Below, in pieces: positions 11,834 through 21,280 of a stretch of 64,000 nucleotides of DNA. Position numbers and translations under genes: made by a program. The number at the start of each line of letters is the position of its first letter. Position 1 is the first letter of the stretch. The notes beneath the pieces were generated by a model, which saw only the letters and a program-made list of their open reading frames with translations, had not been told where the DNA came from and searched no databases. Location of the stretch: contig CANJNC010000011.1 in the NCBI GenBank assembly GCA_947475685.1, forward strand, positions 12,361 to 76,360, read 5' to 3'. The stretch comes from Comamonadaceae bacterium. Lineage in GTDB: Bacteria > Pseudomonadota > Gammaproteobacteria > Burkholderiales > Burkholderiaceae_C.

Positions 11834-12235
11834 CTAGCTTGTCCATGGATCAATGTGTTGCCAAAGGGCGCAAGACCAAGCGGCTATACAAAAAATTAAA
11901 CTCAACAAGACCGCAGCAGAGCCTAGATCTTTGGCCCTTTTAGAGAGTGCGTGCCAGTCAGCGCCATGTCGATCGATGGCTGATTCGATGGCTGTATTTA
12001 AGAGTTCCACCACCATCACCAAAATGAGCGTGCCAATGAGAAAGCACACCTCAAGCCAATTGGAGCCGAGCCAAAACGCACAGGGCAACAAGGCAACGAA
12101 TACCCAAGCTTCTTGTTGAAACGCGGGCTCATACCAGCCCGCTTTTAATCCTGCCAGTGAAAACCCAAGGGCATGGTAAACACGGCTAAACCCTCGGCGT
12201 TTTTTTTGTGGGTTGAAGTTGTCAGTTTCTTTCAT
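11834..12235 (-). CDS. dgkA: Diacylglycerol kinase
   Basis: EPAFQQE, VELLNTAIESAID, SKRAKDLGSAAV; three TM segments. Confidence 0.95.
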   Translation of the reverse strand: MKETDNFNPQKKRRGFSRVYHALGFSLAGLKAGWYEPAFQQEAWVFVALLPCAFWLGSNWLEVCFLIGTLILVMVVELLNTAIESAIDRHGADWHALSKRAKDLGSAAVLLSLIFCIAAWSCALWQHIDPWTS

Positions 12236-12257
12236 CTCTCAATTTTTACCCAGATGT

Positions 12258-12275
12258 ATGACAAATGTATGATGC
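12258..12275 (-). promoter_or_regulatory. PhoB/OmpR-type box upstream of dgkA
   Basis: Minus strand GCATCAT-acat-TTGTCAT-acat (11-bp period); TAAAAA(T) -10-like 9 bp further. Confidence 0.45.
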
Positions 12276-12288
12276 TTGTGTGAAGCTC

Positions 12289-12810
12289 TCAAGACTCTTT
12301 GGGATGATGCTCAACCAATTGAGTCTGAGACCATACATCGTGCCAAAACTGTTGATGCAGTTGAAAGCGGGCCAAGGTGGCCCAAACCGATATCCATCCC
12401 AGACACAAGACTGCACGCTCGGGCATGCTCAATGAAAAAGGCACGAGTGCCATCAACGGGGGAATGAACCAAACCCAAGAGCATACCCAACGTTTGAGGG
12501 CCAAGCTAGTGCTCAAGTGTTGTCCATTGAGGTCAAGCAACTCAATGCGCCAAGTTTTCATGGCCAGCGTTTGGCCACGTCTCCAAAAGTAGATAAAGTA
12601 GCTCGTTAAAACGCAAAATATGAAAGATTGAAAGATGGAGCGATAGGCCAATGATTTTGAGACCGTGTCTGTGGCGGCGCTGGGCATCAAAGCGTCAAGA
12701 ACGATGGTGAAAAGTAAGCCTGATACAAAAACCACGCCAAAAATTAAAATTCCCTCATAGATAAAGCAAGCCATTCGCTTAAGGATTGAAGGAGTTTTTT
12801 GAGGGGTCAT
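12289..12810 (-). CDS. RDD family membrane protein
   Basis: LKRMACFIYEG, GQTLAMKTWRI, QFWHDVWSQT. Confidence 0.9.
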   Translation of the reverse strand: MTPQKTPSILKRMACFIYEGILIFGVVFVSGLLFTIVLDALMPSAATDTVSKSLAYRSIFQSFIFCVLTSYFIYFWRRGQTLAMKTWRIELLDLNGQHLSTSLALKRWVCSWVWFIPPLMALVPFSLSMPERAVLCLGWISVWATLARFQLHQQFWHDVWSQTQLVEHHPKES

Positions 12811-12897
12811 GAAAAAGTGGGGGCTTGGAGAACTAAAAACAAAGCGTCAGGGTCTTCTTTGTACTTGCCAGCCATGTGCTGCTTGTAGGCGAGGGAG

Positions 12898-13725
12898 TCA
12901 GGGTGCAGGACTGTTGCGCTTAGGGGGTAAAAGCGTTTGAGAGGCTATTTGATCGACTTGCAGTCGGGTGTGGCTGGGTTCGGTAGCTGGTTTGTACAAG
13001 GTCGTATTGTTAGCGCCAACGGCTTTGGGCTTGGGTGAGATGGCTGCGCTGTTGGGCATGATGTTTAAGTTTTGAGCGAGTTCATTCTTTTTGGCGGGAT
13101 CCAAAGCTTGGTACTCTTGCCACTTGTTGAGTCGCTCATCGCCTTGAAATTGCTGAACTTGGGCAAAGATCACGCGAGCTTGAACTCTTTGTTGTGGGCT
13201 CAATAGGCTCCATTGTGTCATTCTGGCTTGAAGTTTTTCTTGGTCACTTGCAGTCAACTCGGAAAAGTTAGCAGACAGTGAAAGCCATTTTCTCTTTTGT
13301 GTCTCGCTCATTTTTGGCCACAATTCAACCAAAGGGCGCAGCGCCAACTTTTGCTTGGCATTCAGATCTGACCATTTGGGGTAAGCTGTCGAGGAAGTGG
13401 GATTGGACACAGGTGCTTTGCTGCTTTGCACCTTGTCTGAGGGGGTATTTTCTGATGAAGGGCTTGGCGTTTTGCCAATTGGGTTGCTGGGTATGGTGAC
13501 AAGACCAGGTGCTTCAGTTGAGGGTGCTTCGGGACTTGGGGCCTGGGCTTGGACTGCAAGTGGCCAATGCAAGCCCAAAGTTAGGAGAAAAAGTAATATA
13601 AAAGAATTAATTTCTCGAAAAGCAATGAAGCCTGCTCTTTTTAATTGCAAAGCAATGCATTTTGAGAGCGTCAGAGTCTCAAAGTGAGGGCATAAAGCTT
13701 TCCAACTAAAAAGGCTCAAACTCAT
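12898..13725 (-). CDS. DUF3106-type protein
   Basis: WSDLNAKQKLALRPL…W…MSETQKRKW…RMTQWSLLSPQQRVQAR repeats; follows the ECF sigma/DUF3619 pair. True start probably downstream of the ORF-track start. Confidence 0.8.
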   Translation of the reverse strand: MSLSLFSWKALCPHFETLTLSKCIALQLKRAGFIAFREINSFILLFLLTLGLHWPLAVQAQAPSPEAPSTEAPGLVTIPSNPIGKTPSPSSENTPSDKVQSSKAPVSNPTSSTAYPKWSDLNAKQKLALRPLVELWPKMSETQKRKWLSLSANFSELTASDQEKLQARMTQWSLLSPQQRVQARVIFAQVQQFQGDERLNKWQEYQALDPAKKNELAQNLNIMPNSAAISPKPKAVGANNTTLYKPATEPSHTRLQVDQIASQTLLPPKRNSPAP

Positions 13726-13727
13726 TG

Positions 13728-14177
13728 CTATTGCGGGCCTTCAATGGATTCCCTTGGAACACTTAAAAATTTCAAAAAGCCTGGATCTGTATAGGCATCA
13801 GGGGGGAGATCATCAAGCAACAAAGCTTGATCAACATCGGCGAGCTCACGAGCCCTAAAGTCGTTTTGATGTTCGTAAATGAACATAAGTCCCAGCAAAA
13901 GCACCAAAAGGGGAAGAAAAGAGACCATCTTTTCCCACAATTGCCCTGTACCAGGCCCTGCACCTAGGGTGGCGACTCCATTTTGGATGTGAATGCTCGC
14001 GCTGTAGACCGCGACAGGGGCCTTTTGCTTGCGAAGAGTCAGCGCACGCACCCTAGCGGCCCGGAGTCTTTCGCTCACATGGTGAGGGACGTCCTCCAAA
14101 GAGGTGTCCAGTTTGGTCACAATTCGTCTGGCGAAGATGTCTTGCGAGCTGAATGATTGTTCTAATCCATGGGTCAT
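13728..14177 (-). CDS. DUF3619-type membrane protein (putative anti-sigma)
   Basis: VSERLRAARVRAL, single TM, ADVDQALLLDDLPPDAYTDPGF; overlaps the sigma stop by 4 bp. Confidence 0.85.
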   Translation of the reverse strand: MTHGLEQSFSSQDIFARRIVTKLDTSLEDVPHHVSERLRAARVRALTLRKQKAPVAVYSASIHIQNGVATLGAGPGTGQLWEKMVSFLPLLVLLLGLMFIYEHQNDFRARELADVDQALLLDDLPPDAYTDPGFLKFLSVPRESIEGPQ

Positions 14178-14740
14178 GGTTTAAGTCCTTTGGCGCTTAG
14201 TGCTAAATGTAGTGCTTGAATGGCTCTTGAGCAATGTGTTTTTACACTTCCCTCTGAACATCCCATTGCCGAAGCGGTTTCAGAAACGTCAAGCTCTTCC
14301 CAATAACGCAGCAGGAAGGCTTCTCGTTGACGTGCAGGGAGTTTTTTTATCTCTTCCTCGATTTCTAGGACATTTTGGGTGTGAGAAAAATTCTGTTCAG
14401 CACTTTCACCCATCATTGTGTCGTGTTCAGGCACCTTGATGTCCAAAAAATCCATCTCATCGGAGCCGGACTCAGATTCAAAATCGTTGAAATTGGAGAA
14501 AAGGGCGTTTTTTGTTTTTTGCCGCCTGAACCAATCTAGGGTGGTATTGGACAAAATCCTTTGAAACAGCATGGGGAGTTCGTTGGCGGGCTTGTCTGCA
14601 TAGTGCTCCGCCAATTTCATCATGCTGTCTTGGACGATATCAAGTGCAGCCTCCTCGTCTCTCACGTGGTAGACAGAGCGCTTAAAAGCTCGTTTTTCAA
14701 CGCTTTTTAGAAAGTCGGAGAGTTCTTTTTCTGTGGCCAA
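14174..14740 (-). CDS. ECF RNA polymerase sigma factor
   Basis: ALDIVQDSMMK (region 2), LPARQREAFLLRYWEELDVSETASAMGCSEGSVKTH (region 4). Confidence 0.93.
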   Translation of the reverse strand: MATEKELSDFLKSVEKRAFKRSVYHVRDEEAALDIVQDSMMKLAEHYADKPANELPMLFQRILSNTTLDWFRRQKTKNALFSNFNDFESESGSDEMDFLDIKVPEHDTMMGESAEQNFSHTQNVLEIEEEIKKLPARQREAFLLRYWEELDVSETASAMGCSEGSVKTHCSRAIQALHLALSAKGLKP

Positions 14741-15018
14741 GGCGGGGCTGAGTCCAAATGCTGCTCTTTAAGCAAGGTTCGCAATGTATTTTCAACAATT
14801 ATTAAACCATATTTATAACAAAACGTCGCTAAGTATTTCACTCTAAGGAAAAAAATGAGATAATCATAGGTTGTGTTCATTCGGCACATAAAAAAAACGG
14901 GTCTGGGTTTGACGTATCAACGTTTATGGCTACAGGTCTTAAGTCTTGACGTGATTTCACAAGAATGCACGAAGAGGCACCCAAGGTTTTTCAGTCAGAA
15001 ATTCACTAAGGTTCAAAA

Positions 15019-16806
15019 ATGGATTCCAATCAATCGCAACCCATTGGCGTTGCTACAAATCCACTTCACGCATACAACGCGTCTCCAGTTGAGCTGATGG
15101 GCTCTGAAGTGATGGTCAAAGCCCTACAGGCCGAGGGCGTTAAGTACGTCTGGGGATACCCTGGTGGGGCTGTTTTATACATCTACGACGCACTGTACAA
15201 ACAAGACACGATTCAACACGTTCTGGTGCGCCATGAGCAAGCGGCAGTGCATGCGGCTGATGGTTATGCCAGAGCAACAGGCGATGTGGGTGTTGCCTTG
15301 GTGACCTCTGGCCCAGGAGTGACCAACGCAGTCACTGGTATTGCAACTGCGTACATGGACAGCATTCCATTGGTAGTGATCACGGGCCAAGTACCCACAC
15401 ACGCCATCGGTTTGGATGCATTCCAAGAATGTGACACCGTCGGAATTACTCGGCCCATAGTGAAGCACAATTTTTTGGTCAAAGACGTCAAAGACTTGGC
15501 CGTGACCATGAAAAAAGCGTTTCACATTGCCAGAACAGGCCGCCCTGGGCCTGTGGTGGTGGACATTCCAAAGGATGTCTCGTTCAATAAGACCATGTAC
15601 CATGGGTACCACGAGAGCATTGAGATGCGCTCCTACATCCCGGTTAAAAAAGGTCACTCCGGTCAAATTAAAAAAGCCCTTCAGCTCTTACAAAACGCCA
15701 AGCGCCCCTTTATCTATACGGGTGGGGGCGTTTTGATGAGTGAGGCGTCTGATGAGTTGAGAACCTTGGTGGACATGCTGGGCGTGCCTTGCACCAGCAC
15801 GCTCATGGGATTGGGCGCCTACCCGGCCTCGGACAGAAAGTTTTTAGGCATGCTGGGCATGCACGGCACAATTGAAGCCAACAACGCGATGCAAAACTGT
15901 GATGTGCTCCTCGCTGTGGGCGCTCGCTTTGATGACCGAGTGATTGGCAACCCCAAGCATTTCGCTCAAAACGAGAGAAAAATCATTCACATCGATATCG
16001 ATCCTTCAAGCATTTCTAAACGCGTGAAAGTTGATATCCCCATCGTTGGCGATGTCAAGGACGTTTTGACAGAAATGATTGGAATGATTCGCGAGAGCGG
16101 TCATAAATCTGACCGCACTGCATTGGCCGCTTGGTGGGAGACTTTGGAGTTGTTGCGATCAAGAGACTGTTTGAAATACGACCGCAAAAACACCTCCGTC
16201 ATCAAACCTCAATATGTGGTTGAAACACTGTGGGAAATGACCAAAAATTCTGATGCCTACGTGACCTCTGATGTGGGTCAACACCAAATGTGGGCCGCTC
16301 AATACTACCGTTTTGACGAACCAAGACGTTGGATCAATTCAGGTGGTTTGGGCACGATGGGCGTTGGCATTCCCTATGCCATGGGGATCAAGTTGGCCAA
16401 ACCGGAGTCGGAGGTCTTTTGCGTGACAGGCGAAGGCTCGGTACAAATGTGTATTCAAGAGCTCTCAACTTGTTTGCAGTACAACACCCCCATTAAAGTC
16501 GTGGCGCTGAACAACCGCTACCTGGGCATGGTGCGTCAGTGGCAAGAAATTGAGTACTCAGGTCGTTATAGTCACAGTTACATGGATGCGTTGCCGGATT
16601 TTGTGAAGTTGGCGCAAGCCTATGGTCACGTGGGCATGCTCATTGAGCGTCACGAAGACGTGGAGCCTGCTTTGAGAGAGGCCAGAGCGCTCAAAGACAG
16701 GACCGTTTTTATGGACTTTAGAACCGACCCCACGGAGAATGTTTTTCCCATGGTGCAAGCCGGCAAGGGCATCACCGAGATGCTTTTAGGTAGCGAGGAT
16801 CTTTGA
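15019..16806 (+). CDS. ilvI: Acetolactate synthase large subunit
   Basis: GYPGGAVL, RHEQAAVHAADGYAR, TSGPG, SDVGQHQMWAAQ, NSGGLGTMG, TGEGS…NN…GMVRQWQ. Confidence 0.97.
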   Translation: MDSNQSQPIGVATNPLHAYNASPVELMGSEVMVKALQAEGVKYVWGYPGGAVLYIYDALYKQDTIQHVLVRHEQAAVHAADGYARATGDVGVALVTSGPGVTNAVTGIATAYMDSIPLVVITGQVPTHAIGLDAFQECDTVGITRPIVKHNFLVKDVKDLAVTMKKAFHIARTGRPGPVVVDIPKDVSFNKTMYHGYHESIEMRSYIPVKKGHSGQIKKALQLLQNAKRPFIYTGGGVLMSEASDELRTLVDMLGVPCTSTLMGLGAYPASDRKFLGMLGMHGTIEANNAMQNCDVLLAVGARFDDRVIGNPKHFAQNERKIIHIDIDPSSISKRVKVDIPIVGDVKDVLTEMIGMIRESGHKSDRTALAAWWETLELLRSRDCLKYDRKNTSVIKPQYVVETLWEMTKNSDAYVTSDVGQHQMWAAQYYRFDEPRRWINSGGLGTMGVGIPYAMGIKLAKPESEVFCVTGEGSVQMCIQELSTCLQYNTPIKVVALNNRYLGMVRQWQEIEYSGRYSHSYMDALPDFVKLAQAYGHVGMLIERHEDVEPALREARALKDRTVFMDFRTDPTENVFPMVQAGKGITEMLLGSEDL

Positions 16807-16857
16807 TTCATGTCTCTTTGAGGCATGAGGATTGATTTATTTTTTTGTTGAATCTAT

Positions 16858-16912
16858 TGACCGCCAAGCCCAAGAATAACCCATTCATCGGCGAGGGCCT
16901 CAAAAAGAGGAA
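16858..16912 (+). ncRNA. Candidate structured cis element in the ilvI-ilvH spacer (ilvH-motif-like)
   Basis: CGCC(16862-65)/GGCG(16890-93) and GCCC(16868-71)/GGGC(16895-98) give crossing pairings just upstream of the SD. A conserved RNA motif upstream of betaproteobacterial ilvH is recalled from the literature; no covariance search was run. Confidence 0.4.
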
Positions 16913-16918
16913 GCCATT

Positions 16919-17410
16919 TTGAAACACATCATATCTGTACTTTTAGAAAATGAGCCTGGCGCTTTATCGCGTGTGGTGGGATTGTTCTCAGCTCGAGGTT
17001 ACAACATTGAGTCGCTGACGGTTGCTCCCACCGAGGACCCGAGCTTGTCTAGGATGACACTGCAAACTGCGGGTTCGGATGATGTCATTGAGCAAATCAC
17101 CAAGCACTTGAACCGCTTGATTGAAGTGGTCAAGGTCGTTGATTTGACGGAGGGCCCCTATACGGAGCGAGAATTGATGCTTGTCAAAGTTCGCGCCGTT
17201 GGAAAAGAACGTGAAGAGATGAAGAGAATGGCCGATATCTTTCGCGGTCGCATCATCGATGTGACAGACAAGAGCTATACCCTTGAGCTGACGGGCGACC
17301 AAGCCAAGAACGATGCATTTTTGCAAGCCGTTGACAGTACCGCAATTCTTGAGACCGTTCGAACCGGTCCATGTGGTATTGGCAGAGGTGAGCGGATCTT
17401 AAGAGTTTGA
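16919..17410 (+). CDS. ilvH: Acetolactate synthase small regulatory subunit
   Basis: ACT domain LENEPGALSRVVGLFSARGYNIESL; TTG start. Confidence 0.97.
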   Translation: MKHIISVLLENEPGALSRVVGLFSARGYNIESLTVAPTEDPSLSRMTLQTAGSDDVIEQITKHLNRLIEVVKVVDLTEGPYTERELMLVKVRAVGKEREEMKRMADIFRGRIIDVTDKSYTLELTGDQAKNDAFLQAVDSTAILETVRTGPCGIGRGERILRV

Positions 17411-17415
17411 ATTAA

Positions 17416-18459
<1,044 letters not shown>

Positions 18460-18463
18460 TTGC

Positions 18464-18477
18464 CCTTAAGTGTTTGA
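18464..18477 (+). repeat. Left copy of 14-bp direct repeat CCTTAAGTGTTTGA
   Basis: Exact match to 32244-32257; lies 4 bp after the ilvC stop. Confidence 0.85.
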
Positions 18478-18482
18478 CATCC

Positions 18483-18527
18483 AACCCTCTGACTGGCTGC
18501 AAAAGATAGCTGGCTAGAGGGTTTTTT
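18483..18527 (+). terminator. Rho-independent terminator after ilvC
   Basis: AACCCTCT…AGAGGGTT stem extended by G-U pairs, followed by a T tract. Confidence 0.7.
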
Positions 18528-18875
18528 ATGGCCTATTGGTTTTAGATGCAAAGTGTTGTGTAGGTCTGTCGTGCGTTGCAGGAGTTGACATTCCAATGCA
18601 AATGATCGCAAAAGGCGCTCATCCTGATTTATAAACCCGGGGTTGACAGTTGTTTGGATTTGGCCACTCAGCAAACATCAACCAACAAGCACGCAGAAAC
18701 AATTCCAGCCTTGAATGTCAGAGCTTGCTTCGTTCTCTATGGGCGCTTCAAAAAAGACTTGTCAGTATTGACTTCGCCATTTTGTCTGAATGAATAGAGA
18801 GAACCAGACAGGCCGAGTCTGATCAGTATGACGTCCATCGCACTTATATAGAGAAAATATTAACCCTGCCATGTC

Positions 18876-20195
18876 TTAAATGAAAAGCAGCACGGCAATC
18901 ATCGCTCCTGATAAACAGGTCGAAAGCGTTCCAATCAGCAGGGACTTCGCGCCCATTTGAACGATCTCCCTTTGCCGATCAGGTGCCATGGAGCCTATTC
19001 CTGCAATGACAATGCCTAGACTGCCAAAGTTGGCAAAACCACATAGCAGATAAGTCATTAAAACTCTTGAGTGCTCACTCATTGCATTGGGATTTAATTG
19101 AGAGAGGTCTAGATAAGCGATGAACTCATTCAAGACCAACTTGGTGCCCATCAGTTGCCCTGCAATTTGCGTGTCCTTCCACTCGATTCCAAGGGTCCAT
19201 GAGAAGGGCTGCATCACCCAGCCGATGACGCGTTGGATGGTTAAAGCAGAGCCGTCAAGGTAAGGTAAAAATTCAAGAATGCTATTGCCAAGGGACACCA
19301 GGGCCACCAAAACAATCAACATGGCAATGACACTTGCCAGCAAACGCATGCCTTGAAAGGTGCCATCACTGATGGCATCCATGGTGCTTTGGTATTTTCT
19401 ATGTTTGTCCGTGCTCTGGATCAACGCCATGATGTATGTTTTCAAGCCATGGTTCTTAAGTTCTTGCGCCTCAGATCCTGAGGACGGGCTTTCTTGTAAA
19501 GGAATTTTTGGAATTGCAACCAGACTCAAGACAATGGCCCCTGGCGCACTGATCAAGGATGCGATGATCAAGTGGGTGACCACGTTGGGGACTGAGCTTT
19601 GTAGAAAGCTTGCATAAATCACCAGCACGGTGCCTGAAATGGTTGACATGCCGGTGCTCATGACAACAAACAATTCGGATCTAGAGAGCCCAGCCAAATA
19701 AGGCCTGATAAGTAGAGGTGCCTCAACGATGCCCACAAAAACGGTTGCAATGCTTGCAAAGGATGTAGCGCCCGATACGTTCAGTATCTTGCCAAGCAAC
19801 CAAGCAAAACAACCGATGATCACGGGTAAAACTCGCCAGTAATAAAGGAGTGCTGACAATGCACTGAATATTAAAATCATCGGCAATGCTTGCAAGCCCA
19901 AGATAAAGGACATGCCAGGAGACTTTTCTTCAAAGGGCAGGGGTCCTCCGCCCAAATATCCAAATACAAGCGACGTGCCTGCTTGGGTGGCTTTTTGAAG
20001 TTGAAGGACAGTTTCGTTCAAGGAACTCAAAAAACTTTGGATGAAGGGGACCTTTAAAAGCAGCACAGCCAATACAAATTGAAACAGCAGTCCTTTGAGC
20101 AAGCTGATGAAGTCAATGTGTGAGCGGTTTTCAGACACGCCAATAGTGATCAGTAAGATGATCACAATACCAATCAAAGATTGATAATTTTCCAT
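18876..20195 (-). CDS. nupC: Concentrative nucleoside transporter (NupC/CNT family)
   Basis: FVGIVEAPLLIRPYL, TISGTVL, KLVLNEFIAY, LCGFANFGSLGI. Confidence 0.93.
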   Translation of the reverse strand: MENYQSLIGIVIILLITIGVSENRSHIDFISLLKGLLFQFVLAVLLLKVPFIQSFLSSLNETVLQLQKATQAGTSLVFGYLGGGPLPFEEKSPGMSFILGLQALPMILIFSALSALLYYWRVLPVIIGCFAWLLGKILNVSGATSFASIATVFVGIVEAPLLIRPYLAGLSRSELFVVMSTGMSTISGTVLVIYASFLQSSVPNVVTHLIIASLISAPGAIVLSLVAIPKIPLQESPSSGSEAQELKNHGLKTYIMALIQSTDKHRKYQSTMDAISDGTFQGMRLLASVIAMLIVLVALVSLGNSILEFLPYLDGSALTIQRVIGWVMQPFSWTLGIEWKDTQIAGQLMGTKLVLNEFIAYLDLSQLNPNAMSEHSRVLMTYLLCGFANFGSLGIVIAGIGSMAPDRQREIVQMGAKSLLIGTLSTCLSGAMIAVLLFI

Positions 20196-20236
20196 GTGCA
20201 GGCCTTCGCTTAAAACGATTGAAATTCACCCGTCGC

Positions 20237-21280
20237 TCAAGCGCCCAACCGAATTAAATCATCGTGGGTCAAATGCTCTGTTTGTTGTCCTATCCAACCA
20301 AGCAGTCTAGATTTCCAGTTTAAAAAAGAGGCGGGCGCTTTGACAGCAGTATACTCAAGTCGGCTTTGAGCGCCACGTTTTCGCTTAAAGTCACCTGCAC
20401 CAGAGCTGTAATTGAGCAAAAGTTGGTGCTCTAAAGTGTACTGATAGATGCTAGCAAATAACAGTCGATAGATCCCTGGCTTTGTCTCGCTTTCAAAATA
20501 ACCCAAAGCTGGAACAGTTAAAGTATCCCCAATTTGGTGCAGTAAAGCAAAGGCTACTATCTCCCCTTCTTCATTGATCAAATTCAAACAAGACATCCAT
20601 TTGGTATTGATCATGTCTTTAAAGAATGCGGGTGTGTAATTGGCATTGTAGACACTGTGTTTTTTGATGTAAATGAGTTCATACAAAGACTGAAGGCGCT
20701 CAGCTTGTAGGTCATCAATCAAGTCCATCGATGAGACTTTGAGTTTGGATTTCTTTAAGGCACTTAAGTCTCTTGTGAGATGTGAAGGTTTTACTTTCAT
20801 GCCCATTCGAAGATCGAATTCATAAACTACGCGTGCTGGCAAAGCCACAAAACCTATTTTTTTAAGATCGAGAATCAGTTGCTGGTGTTTATACATCAGC
20901 AAATTTCGAACAAATATAAAAGAACTTAAATGTTGATGTTTAAAAGATTGACACGTCTGAAATAAAGCAGTGTCGTCAGCTGTACGCCATACATTGGTTG
21001 AGATTGGAAAGTTTCCAACAATTGCGTTGTCACTCATGCCAATCGAGTTGGCCAAGTGCGAGAAGATCTTAAGGAGTGCTTTTAAAAAGCAATGGCCTTG
21101 TAGTTCATCTGCTGCGTAGTCAAACCACGCAATTTTTGGCGAAGTGATGTAGCAAGATGCAAAGGGCTTTTGTTTGTGAGTGATGGTGATCGGCAAGGCG
21201 CCAGGCTCCCAGTGGAGTTCTGCGCCCGCATTCACCATCCACTCTTGGAGCGAATGAGCCCAGGGGGCTATTTTCTTCAA
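20237..21280 (-). CDS. Uncharacterised FemAB-like tandem-GNAT protein (347 aa)
   Basis: LYELIYIKKHSVYNANYTPAFF, GEIVAFALL, LGY…GIYRLL and NYSSGAGDFKRKRGA resemble FemAB/DUF482-type GNAT motifs; TTG start overlaps the btaA stop (TTGA). Fold inferred, not searched. Confidence 0.7.
   Translation of the reverse strand: MKKIAPWAHSLQEWMVNAGAELHWEPGALPITITHKQKPFASCYITSPKIAWFDYAADELQGHCFLKALLKIFSHLANSIGMSDNAIVGNFPISTNVWRTADDTALFQTCQSFKHQHLSSFIFVRNLLMYKHQQLILDLKKIGFVALPARVVYEFDLRMGMKVKPSHLTRDLSALKKSKLKVSSMDLIDDLQAERLQSLYELIYIKKHSVYNANYTPAFFKDMINTKWMSCLNLINEEGEIVAFALLHQIGDTLTVPALGYFESETKPGIYRLLFASIYQYTLEHQLLLNYSSGAGDFKRKRGAQSRLEYTAVKAPASFLNWKSRLLGWIGQQTEHLTHDDLIRLGA

Noticed and set aside
18540-18838. 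Possible degraded histidine-phosphatase gene (MDVILIRLG…ARQT) on the minus strand
   Set aside because: The catalytic RHG His is absent, several stops interrupt the frame, and motif spacing is about twice the expected length; likely chance.
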